From assembly GCA_963719315.1 (NCBI GenBank), contig CAVRBU010000004.1, forward strand, positions 320,001 to 384,000: 64,000 nt of DNA. Reading direction: 5' to 3'. The DNA is from an uncultured Planctomycetota bacterium (GTDB taxonomy: Bacteria > Planctomycetota > Planctomycetia > Pirellulales > Lacipirellulaceae). Shown piece by piece: positions 1 through 8,618 of this stretch. The notes under the pieces are model-generated. The model saw only the letters and a list, made by a program, of their open reading frames with translations, was not told the DNA's origin and made no database searches. Position 1 is the stretch's first letter, and every line of letters begins with the position of its first letter. Both the position numbers and the translations under genes were made by a program.

Positions 1-159
1 GAAAGCCAATTAAACCTCCCTTACCCCGTTAGGGGCGCGCCTTTTTTCGAATTCTGCCACATTATCTATTGCGATTAGCCTGCCCCGACGCCAAATATGG
101 GAGTATCTGCTCTCATTTGAAAGGCACATATACAATTGTATGTGCTGGCGGGGGTTTGC

Positions 160-947
160 ATGGCGGCACAGCCGAAGTACCTTTTCACAGCGATTGTTGA
201 TCCTGATCCGCTCGGATTGAGCCAGGCTCACAAGCCGTGGGTAAAGGGTTATATTGCGGCTCGCCATAAATGGGACCGCTCGCTGGAGAGTCCATATTGC
301 ATTGCCAACGAAGCGATTTGTGCAGAGCTGGGGCGGTACATCGGTCTTCCGATACCGCCTTACGCGATAACACGAACATTTAACAACGAGTTCAGCGACC
401 GCGATTTGGTGTCGTTCCTTGATTTTAATTGGGGCAGGCGCAATCCGAGTCCAGTCGAACCCGACTACTGTTTGCAATCACTTCCACAAATTTGTGCAGG
501 CATCGTGGTTTTTGATGTTCTAATTGCTAACCCGGATCGTCACGACGAAAACCTCGCCGTGGATCGAACGGATACGCCAAAGGACATGCGAGTATACGAC
601 CACGATGTCGCGTTATTCGGAAACGTAGCAGGCAAGGGAATTCAAAGACTGAATGAGATGCAATCGCGACTCGGAATAACTGGCAGCACAATGACCGGCG
701 GCAATCGCCACGTATTTTTGGACTCAATCACCACGAACGAACATTTTGAACCTGGGTTATTCGAATTGAAGAGATACCACACGGTTTTATTGAGCGGCTA
801 TGTAATAGAGCAAAAGAATTCGGCATTACCCAAGAAGAAGCGGATCGTGCGCACACGTTCCTCTACAGGCGAAAGCTTGATCTTCGGGGAATTCTAAACA
901 GACACAAGGCAGACTTTCCTGGAATTACGAATTGGCCATCGATATGA
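160..947 (+). CDS. HipA-like (HipA_2 / PI3-4 kinase-like) protein kinase, one apparent frameshift near 752
   Basis: Motifs ANEAICAELGRYIGLPIP, FDVLIANPDRHDEN and YDHDVALF. The shifted frame continues WVIRIEEIP...FLYRRKLDLRGILNRHKADFPGITNWPSI to TGA 945-947, which overlaps the next ATG (ATGA). Confidence 0.8.
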
Positions 948-1741
948 GCCACCCACCACGATTTTTGATCGTCAAATACGTTCCCGACTGGAACGAATGG
1001 AGCCTCGCAACATTGGAGTAATCTTGTGGAGCGAAGGCTACGTTGCTGCGCGGTTTTTCGGTGAAGGGGAAGATGGTTCGAGGCTACGCCCCCCGCCGTT
1101 TATTGAGAGGAGAAATCGCGTTGTGTATGGTGATTGGGTAAGGTACTGGCATCGTAATTTGGCAAAACCAAAACTAAACGGTATTGTCCGTGAGAGCGTG
1201 CAATTTGTCGATGCTGTTTGCTCAAAGTCTCGCGATAACTACATCGTTGTTAAGGGTGGACAACTCTTAACGACTCTTACCCCCGATGAATGCCGCGAGG
1301 CTGTAGATGAATTATTTGATCGGTTTGTGGGCGATGCGCCCTTCTGTAAAGCTTCGGCAAGCCTGCGACCTGGCTATTAACAACGCCTTAACAAAAGAAC
1401 AGTACGCCAAAAACTTTCTGTTTGAATGTCGCGTAGCTGGTAAAGTAACACACACATTTAAGTTTAATTACGCCGGCGTACAGCTAGGCAACCTGCCTCG
1501 CGCACTTTTTCAGCGGGTTGATCTAGATCAAGACGGGAGCGTGAATAGCGCAACGCTTATGTTTGAATCGGCAACAAAAAAAAACATTAGCAAAGATCAA
1601 TGCGGGGCTCTCATTGTTGATGGCACCTCAAACCACCAAAGCGCCTGGGATATGCTAGGCTCGTTTGCAACGTTTGTGGACGTGTCCAATCTGAATGAAG
1701 CGCGATATACGATTCGCCAAATGTCTGGACTTAACGGCTAA
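944..1741 (+). CDS. DUF3037-family protein with a C-terminal nuclease-fold-like extension; apparent frameshifts near 988 and 1340
   Basis: Joined N-terminus reads MSHPPRFLIVKYVPD-(L)ERMEPRNIGVILWS, the DUF3037 signature. It is translationally coupled to the kinase. The C-terminal part is ORF 1307-1741. Confidence 0.7.
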
Positions 1742-1817
1742 CCAGGTGATAGCACCAATGTCTTGGCCGGAATGAAAAAAGCTCGCCTATCTCTGAAGTT
1801 CGCACGCTCTTCCTCTT

Positions 1818-1909
1818 GGAGAGCGGCTCGCGCCTTGGGGGCGTATCAGCCTTATACTCTACGATAGGTACCGCGCCCGCGGTTGGGTTCGATTCCCCCT
1901 CTCTCTCTG
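1818..1909 (+). ncRNA. tRNA-like RNA with a 9/3 cloverleaf (allo-tRNA-like), anticodon TAT
   Basis: Hand fold: acceptor GGAGAGCGG/CCTCTCTCT, 6-bp D stem with TGG loop, anticodon loop CTTATAC, variable arm ACCGC-GCCC-GCGGT, 3-bp T stem GGG-TTCGATT-CCC. The anticodon stem is imperfect. Confidence 0.6.
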
Positions 1910-1970
1910 CTAAGCACGACCTTGCGCTGCAGCGGACCTCGGCCGCCGCCGGCTCGCAACTTCCGACGGG

Positions 1971-2218
1971 CTAATTCAAATTGTCAATGAACACCGGCCG
2001 CGTTGGCTGTCCTCGCTCAGTTGGGACGACGTTCGCGGCCTTTGGCTCGCGTTCGTTTGGTACTGCTCGTAACGAACCTCTGTTCCATCAGCCGGTCGGA
2101 AAACTCTAGTCCGCCATCCAACTGTGTGCAGTGCGCGAATACGTCATCGCCACCGACTTCAGGACGGATGAAAAAATAGCCTTTATCGAGTCGCAAACTA
2201 ACTACGTGCGTTTCGCAT
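1971..2218 (-). CDS. Cold-shock domain protein (frameshifted, absent from the ORF track)
   Basis: Manual translation gives VVSLRLDKGYFFIRPEVGGDDVFAHCTQLDG...PKAANVVP, with RNP1 KGYFFI, RNP2 VFAH and the typical C-terminal PKAANV. Confidence 0.75.
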
Positions 2219-3309
2219 GACGTTTTCCGTTGGGCTAATGCACGATCGCGATCGATGCATAGCTAACTCCATCGCTAACAGCATCGGGCAATCTTCCAGT
2301 TTCGCCGCAATCCGCAAGTCGTCGGGCACGTGCTTGTATTTGCGCTAGGGTGAAATGCTCGCGGCCAGTGAAATCTTATCGCTGACACGATGGCTAACAG
2401 ACGGCGACGCTTCTTCGCTGAAAACTAACTCTCTTGCGCAATGCGTCAAATAGTTGTGTGCGAGTTTTTCTATCGCGTCATGTAAATCTGGATCAACGTT
2501 TCATTGGTTTGCGCATGGCTTCTGCTGATCGCTCGAATTGATCTACGCTGCGCGCGAATCGACGCTAACTTCGTGGATCATGTAGCGGCTGCTGATGCTT
2601 ATCGTTACGCTGTTGCACGACGCACGCGATTAAGGTTCGAACTCGCGCTAAGCTATCGACGAAAGCATCTGTCTGGCGTGCGGGACATAATGACTTCGTG
2701 CATTGCTAAGGCTGTAAAAACGTCGCTACTATCTGAGCGAATGCGGAGTTCGATGTCAGCATGCTGGGGATCGAAAGCATCTCTTGGAGGATTTTCGTGA
2801 TTCGTCGGTGCTTTCGAGCGTACAACTAGACGACGGGCGCTCGCGCGCGGTTTGTGATGAGAGTCTTTGGACGTGCGCTGTCGTCCAGCAGATTAACGTA
2901 GTGGCTTCCTCGCGCAGTTGCTCGGCTCAGCGGTGCTGACGCTGATCCTGCTCAATCTCCATGAGTGTCAGCTCGCACGATTCCATTCGCGTAAGGCCAC
3001 ACGGGCTTGGCTCGTCAGCTATTTCCGGCCGGCGATGGCGGTCACTTCCATCCGCTCAAGCAACTCGGAGATTGGTGATGTTTGATTTCATGCTACTTGC
3101 TCTCTTTGTTGATGTTGTGTTAGTGTTTGATTGTTGGGAGTGATATAAGATACGTGTTTAGTTTATGCGTGTTTATTTGATGTGTATGTAGTTTTTTAAT
3201 GCTTGTATGTTTCGCTGTATGTGCGTAGTTTATATGTTAATTGATAGAAGATAGCGTTTGGTGTTAATGTTTGTTATGGTTTAGTTTTCTCACTGTAGTA
3301 TCGCTCTGG

Positions 3310-3525
3310 TTATATTACATTTCTAATTTTTGGTATCTCTACGTTAACTTTGAACGGCTCACGGCACGATCGGCAGATTGCAAGCCGGGTTCGCGAGCCG
3401 TCGCCGTTCGCCACGCTGCGAACAGTTGTATGTTCCGGGCTTCCGCAATGGGCGCACGTCACCGCATCGACCGTCACGATCGGGGCCGCTGTCCAGTCAA
3501 TGCGATGTGAGGCCGGGCCATTCAT
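3310..3525 (-). CDS. Small Zn-ribbon protein (Ogr/Delta- or NrdR-N-like)
   Basis: CAHC...RTRLAICRSC...F, two CxxC pairs. Overlaps the stop of the small terminase gene. Confidence 0.6.
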   Translation of the reverse strand: MNGPASHRIDWTAAPIVTVDAVTCAHCGSPEHTTVRSVANGDGSRTRLAICRSCREPFKVNVEIPKIRNVI

Positions 3526-3998
3526 CGAAGCAAGTCCTCTAGTTCGCGGTCACTATCCGCGAAAAGATTACGCCGCCGAACGCCGCTCGTTGTCGATGTC
3601 TGCGGGTCGATGCGAAGGCTAGAGCGTGATGTCGGCGTCAAACCGAACTTCTGGCCGATGGTTGTAATTTGCTCGATGCACTTGGATTCGATCATCAAGG
3701 CCGGATGTCGCCGGCCATCGAGAATGAGGCCGTCACGGCCGAGTATCTCGCGGGCCTCCGCTAGCCGCTGGTGAGCGTGGCAGTAGCACGCCAACGCCGA
3801 ACTATCCAAGGGACACAACAATCCCTCGATGTCGCTCAACTCGCCAACAACTTCGTCCCAAACTTTGGCCGCGATGGGGGCCAACCATTCAGGCTTGCGG
3901 GGTTCGCCGGCACAGGTGGCCAGCGGAATTCCGTCTTGCGTTTCGTCGTAACTTCCATCCATCAGTTTTGCTCCGATTGGTGCTCTGTTCCGTCCCAT
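3522..3998 (-). CDS. Phage terminase small subunit, P27 family
   Basis: PEWL..IAAKVWDEVV..L...LD..ALACYC...RHPAL...FGLTPTSRSSL. Confidence 0.9.
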   Translation of the reverse strand: MGRNRAPIGAKLMDGSYDETQDGIPLATCAGEPRKPEWLAPIAAKVWDEVVGELSDIEGLLCPLDSSALACYCHAHQRLAEAREILGRDGLILDGRRHPALMIESKCIEQITTIGQKFGLTPTSRSSLRIDPQTSTTSGVRRRNLFADSDRELEDLLR

Positions 3999-4028
3999 TG
4001 ATCCTCCAAGTAAAAGCTATTTTTCGGA

Positions 4029-4450
4029 TTAAAATACGACACACTGTCGTGATGGTTTCCGTGATCGCGAGACCCGGAAAAATCCTTCCCCCGGTGGGGT
4101 GTTACTGCTAGCCGCTGATTCCCTTGCGGTTTTTCTCGAATGGCAGGACCAGCACAGTGCGCGGAGATTCGCCCAGCAATACAGCAACTCCTCATTGCCT
4201 TCGTGCGGTGTTACGTGATCCACGCACTCAGCCGCTTTAGTAATGCCGTGCTCGACACACTCCTCGCACAATGGGTGCGCTGCTAGGTAGGGCTTCTGGT
4301 AGTGGTCGTCCATCTGCGGGTATATCCACGCTGGCTACGCGATGGGCGGGTGTCTGGTGTCCGTTGCTTGGCGTGGATCGCACAACGGCTGGAACCGTCT
4401 GTCAGTCTCAGGCAGCCGGGCGACGAGCATATTGACTTGGCTCTGTTCAT
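4029..4450 (-). CDS. HNH endonuclease (terminase-associated, cos-phage type), frameshift near 4310
   Basis: The upstream frame MNRAKSICSSPGC...RCAIH...QRGYTRRW joins YLAAHPLCEEC...VDHVTPH...NLRALCWSCHSRKT. Confidence 0.85.
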
Positions 4451-4574
4451 TGCGTCACCATCCCACGTCCGTCACGTTGCGGTACGCTTCGAGCTCGCGG
4501 TTGAACCAGTAAAGAGCCAGCGCAGGATAGTCACGGGTGCTGTCGCCTTGCGGCGCTTGTGCTGTCCGCCGAGG

Positions 4575-5517
4575 TCACGCACCGAGGGCCTTGAGCTTCT
4601 CGGCGCATTGGCGTTTGCGTTCCTCGATGTCGATGGTCGATAGGTCGCTGCAATCCGGTTCTTCTGCATTGGTTTTCTCCTCATGTTCAAAAAAAACGTC
4701 CACAGCGGACACCGCGACAAGCGGTTCCGCTGTTCCTTTAAGAGTTCCATTAAGAGTTCCTTTAAGAGTTCCCTTAAGTAGATGGCTCATTTCTGCACCC
4801 CCCCTGGTCCATTTCTGCCCCCCGTGGCTCATTTTTGCGCGGGTCGTGGCTCACTTTTAGGCCACGGTGAAGGGTTACCAAAGGGTTAGCTAACTGTTCG
4901 CAGTGGCTCATTTCTGCGCTTCGGTGGATTAGCTCGTTTGGCACCTGGAAGTCGGGGTTGAGATACAGCGTGTCGGCCATCGTTCGGCAGCGCCCGTAGT
5001 CGTCGCGATACCACGCGGCCGGGTCCACCAAGAGCAGCCCACGATCCACGAGTTTCGCCTTGGCAATCGAGATCGAACGCTTGGATAATCCGCTATCCTT
5101 GGCTAGCGTCGCCACTGGATATTGCAGCCGGTTGTAAACGTCATCGCCTTCCGCGGAGCCATTGGTGATCGCATCATTCAATGAGTCCCTGGACACGACG
5201 AGGGCGAAGACAGCACGCTCGGCCCAACTCGGCAACATCTGGGCCGCCCATCGTGGAAGGATCGCAAACTTAGCGCCGTGGTTTGCGCTCAGATACCCCT
5301 GCGACACGTAGTACGTTGCTGTGCGCCGCCGCTGCCGCCCTTTGTGTTTCAAGAGTACGGCCTTGAGGAGCTGTTCAACGTGCCGCTTAACGGTCGGACG
5401 GGGCACGCACGCCTTAGCAGCTATCACTGCCAGGCTAGCAAACGTCTCGCCGCTGTGCTTGGCGAGTGCACGGTACGCCGCGAAGGTCTGTGCTGCTGGT
5501 CCGACCATCTGCATCAC
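4575..5517 (-). CDS. HTH-containing replication initiator-like protein (frameshift near 4830)
   Basis: Two HTH-like segments (SLAVIAAKACVPRPTVKRHVEQL and VATLAKDSGLSKRSISIAKAKL). Contains DNA direct repeats and sits in the rep position of the element. Confidence 0.6.
4732..4917. repeat. Iteron-like repeats (candidate origin)
   Basis: Four tandem 12-mers GTTCCHTTAAGW at 4732-4779. Five TGGCTCATTTCTGC-like copies at 4783, 4805, 4825, 4847 and 4904. Confidence 0.75.
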
Positions 5518-5647
5518 TTCCCGTGGAAGTCCTCAGCGCGTCATAGCGCTTAACTTCCGACAACGGCGTTGTTGTGGTATCCTGACTCACTGAACTTCCA
5601 TGTAGCCCGGCGGTTCGATTGGCGTTGGGCCGCCGGGCATTTAATTC

Positions 5648-5926
5648 TTACACGCCCAGTTCCGCGGCGCGCTTTTCTGCGCACTCGATTGACCTTTGAC
5701 GTTGGCGGGGAGTTTCGCCGTTCACGATCGGCACGCCGTTGATCGCTGCGACCCATCGCTCGTATGCGGGCGACGTCGTGAACTTCTTGCCGCCGATGCT
5801 GAAGGATTCGAGCACGTGCCCCTTGCAGCCTCGCAAGGACCAACGCCAAACGGTTGAGAGATGGACGCCTTCACGGCGAGCCAGAGCGGAGAATGAGATG
5901 CGGGGCTCAGATAGAATCGAACTCAT
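5648..5926 (-). CDS. DUF1580 family HTH protein (excisionase/AlpA-like)
   Basis: VHLSTVWRWSLRGCKGHVLESFSIGGKKFTT pattern, typical of planctomycete DUF1580 proteins. Confidence 0.85.
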   Translation of the reverse strand: MSSILSEPRISFSALARREGVHLSTVWRWSLRGCKGHVLESFSIGGKKFTTSPAYERWVAAINGVPIVNGETPRQRQRSIECAEKRAAELGV

Positions 5927-6044
5927 AGCAATCCTCGCAATGAAAGTAAGTGACTACTTCCATTGTCGAGTAACTGCTATTGAACGCGATTCAATTCAGC
6001 GTCTCACGCGGACAGATGTACTTATTTCCGTGGAAGAATGTACT

Positions 6045-6617
6045 TCATTCCGCAATGCCACGTTTTCGCAACTCCTCACTAATTGTTTTGCTACTGACTA
6101 CTGCTCCGCCGCGGTGCCGAACGACATCTTCCGTGACACACTTCAACCAATCCTTTTTGCCGGTGTGCTTTGCATACGCTACTTGCAAAATAAGGTCGGG
6201 GACACCACTCAATTTTGTCTTTCCCTCCTTAGTAAGACGCCTTTGTGTGTGATATCGCGACAGCTCACGATGCGCTTTGTGCGCGCCCATTCCCCACTGC
6301 CAAATCCGCTCTACTTCGTGGAGATGAGCGTCAAAGGTAAAAGCCATCCGAATTACCTTAGCCATATCTCCGGCTTTGCGAGCGGCTTCTAACTGATAAA
6401 GACATTGAAGCGCAATAACTGTATGGGTTGTTTCATACGATGTCTGACCCATGAGATACGATCGCTTGCCCTTGAATTCGAGCATCTCATCGGTTTTCTT
6501 TTTCGTCACATAGGGTGCAATCTTTTCCTCCAGAATCTCACGCCACATACGAATATGTTGTTCATCTGAAACAGCCGCCGGGTCATTCGCCCGAATATCC
6601 ACACATCTGTAGTCCAT
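6045..6617 (-). CDS. Hypothetical protein
   Basis: 190-aa ORF with an AAGGA RBS, between the integrase and DUF1580. Confidence 0.55.
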   Translation of the reverse strand: MDYRCVDIRANDPAAVSDEQHIRMWREILEEKIAPYVTKKKTDEMLEFKGKRSYLMGQTSYETTHTVIALQCLYQLEAARKAGDMAKVIRMAFTFDAHLHEVERIWQWGMGAHKAHRELSRYHTQRRLTKEGKTKLSGVPDLILQVAYAKHTGKKDWLKCVTEDVVRHRGGAVVSSKTISEELRKRGIAE

Positions 6618-6730
6618 GGCATCATCCTTTCAGCCGGGCCGATCGGCCGGCGCCGTGGCGATGATGTTTCCACAGCGGCCGGCCAATCGTGTGCGGTAAA
6701 TTACTCCGCGACCCGAACAATAAATAAATT

Positions 6731-7960
6731 CTATCCGATCATCTTCGCTACTTCGATTGCTCGTTGCCGGTCCTGCTCGGCATAAATGCCGGTGGTGTTT
6801 AGCTGCGAATGTCCAAGCAGCGTTTTCGCCGCCTCGATACCCGCTTCGCGGCGCACGCGCAGTCGCCATCGCGTGCCGCAACTGATTGGGCGACCAGCGG
6901 TGCTCACGCTCCCACTTGGCGACGGCTTCCGGATCGTCGGCAAGATCATCGGGAACCGGAAACGCCTTATCACTGGCGCGACGGACGGCAACCAGATAGC
7001 TTTGCGGGGTGTACCGCTCGCCTACTTGCCGCTTGGTACGGGGAACCTTGGAACCGGGCCGGTTGCCACAACTCAGCGGAGTCTTACGGGCCAGGTGCAA
7101 TTCGGCGCGCCGCTTGGCTTCGCTATCGGCTGGCGAAAAGCAGAACGCCTCACTGTCCCGCAAGAGATAGGGCCGCAAGATTTCCTGCGCCCTGGGGCCG
7201 ATGTAGACGATCCGCTCTTGCTCCCGATTCTGGTTTTTGTGTTGGGTCGGCTGGTACTGCCAAACGTCGGCGGTGCGGTCGATGTCCGCGGGCCGCATGA
7301 TACACAACTCGCCGGGGCGCATGCCCGTCATCTGCTGCAATTCCACCATCGACCGAACTATCGGCGGTAGGTAGGGCAGGGTGGCATCAACGAGCTTCGT
7401 ATCGGCCGGCTTGACCCGCTTGTTCTCTCGGGCCGCCGTATGTCCGCGGCGGAGACCGGGAACCATCGCCAATGCCTGCGGAACGTCGGGCGGGATCATC
7501 CCCTCACTCACGCCCCAACGGAACACGCGGCCGATCCGTTGGACGCTGGCGTTGATATGCTTTCGGGAGTGGCCCAGGGCGAGATACTTTTCCCGAATTG
7601 CTTTCAGGTGAAGGGGGCCGAACTCGCGGGCGGGGAGACGACCGTACAACTCGCGGAGCGGCCGGAGCGCGTGCCGCATGTTGGCACACTCGCCACGGTT
7701 GCCGGGGCCGTAGTACGCCTTGGCGTAATCCAGGTAGGCGACAACCAGTTCGACCACGGAGACGACGTGCTCAGGCACGCCGTAGGATGGACGACCGGCC
7801 CGACGCCAGCCATTCCGTGATCCGGCGGTCGTATTCGATCCGGCTAGCCTTGGTGCCATGAGGACCGAGGTAGTGATCGCGGCCGTTGACCGTGACGACG
7901 GCCTGCCCGGTGGCTTTGTGCTTTGCGATACTTGGGGACGGATTCTATAAGACGCGGCAT
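6731..7960 (-). CDS. int: Tyrosine recombinase / phage integrase (several apparent frameshifts)
   Basis: N-terminal HKATGQAVVTVNGRDHYLG in a shifted frame, then TGMRPGEL and PNQLRH. C-terminus LLGHSQLNTTGIYAE is in ORF 6731-6991. Confidence 0.9.
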
Positions 7961-8079
7961 AGTGCGAACCTCCAAAAAATGCCAAAACGGTAATTACCGT
8001 TTTGCGCTTCGAGGAAACGCCGCACTGCCGAACGTCGGCAGGTAACTTAAACTCTTGTTTCGGTGGTACTTACAACCAA

Positions 8080-8152
8080 TGGAGCCGAAGGGACTCGAAC
8101 CCTCGACATCTAGCTTGCAAAGCTAGCGCTCTCCCAACTGAGCTACGGCCCC
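8080..8152 (-). tRNA. tRNA-Ala(TGC)
   Basis: GGGGCCGTAGCTCAGTTGGGAGAGCGCTAGCTTTGCAAGCTAG...GGTTCGAGTCCCTTCGGCTCCA. Confidence 0.97.
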
Positions 8153-8232
8153 GCAGGGAGCCGTCAGCCGCCAGATTTCGGCCTTCAGCAAAAAACTGAC
8201 GGCTGACGGCTAACGGCTGACGGCTTTTTCAG

Positions 8233-8306
8233 TGGGCGCGCCAAGACTCGAACTTGGGACCTCGGCCTTATCAGGGCCGCGCTCTAACCAACTGAGCTAC
8301 GCGCCC
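8233..8306 (-). tRNA. tRNA-Ile(GAT)
   Basis: GGGCGCGTAGCTCAGTTGGTTAGAGCGCGGCCCTGATAAGGCCG...GTTCGAGTCTTGGCGCGCCCA. Confidence 0.97.
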
Positions 8307-8618
8307 GGTCCACTGCAAGCAGACTATTCTAGTTTGGACGGGCCGGGTGCGGAAGGTGCCCGAACTTCGCCAGTACGTTGAGCTTCGGATGATCCGGCCG
8401 ACCGTATTGGAACTCGCTGGCAGAGGCCATCGTCGAGCTTCACCCGACTCGACCAAACTGCGACCGGCTGGCATTCGCGAAATCGCCAGGAATCCGTATA
8501 TACTCAACCTGTTCGCAGCCGTTTCCGGAGGCCGCGATAGGCGGCTGGCCGAAATCGCTCGCGCCCGCAGCCAGCATTGCTAATTAATTGACCCGTTTTT
8601 TCTGAGGAGGTTCCACGG

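Larger units (their letters stand above)
1..8079. mobile_element. Integrated phage-satellite (PICI-like) or defective prophage at the 3' end of tRNA-Ala; continues left of the window
   Basis: Integrase lies directly downstream of tRNA-Ala, followed on the same strand by DUF1580, a rep gene with iterons, HNH and a small terminase. No second att copy was seen in the window. Confidence 0.8.

Noticed and set aside
1818..1909. tRNA-like sequence as the second att site of the element
   Set aside because: It is on the opposite strand and shares no identity with the tRNA-Ala 3' end beyond the T loop.
4732..4917. Repeats as a CRISPR array
   Set aside because: The units are 12-14 bp, tandem or separated by 6-8 bp, lie inside a CDS, and no cas genes are present. 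No CRISPR array was seen anywhere in the window.
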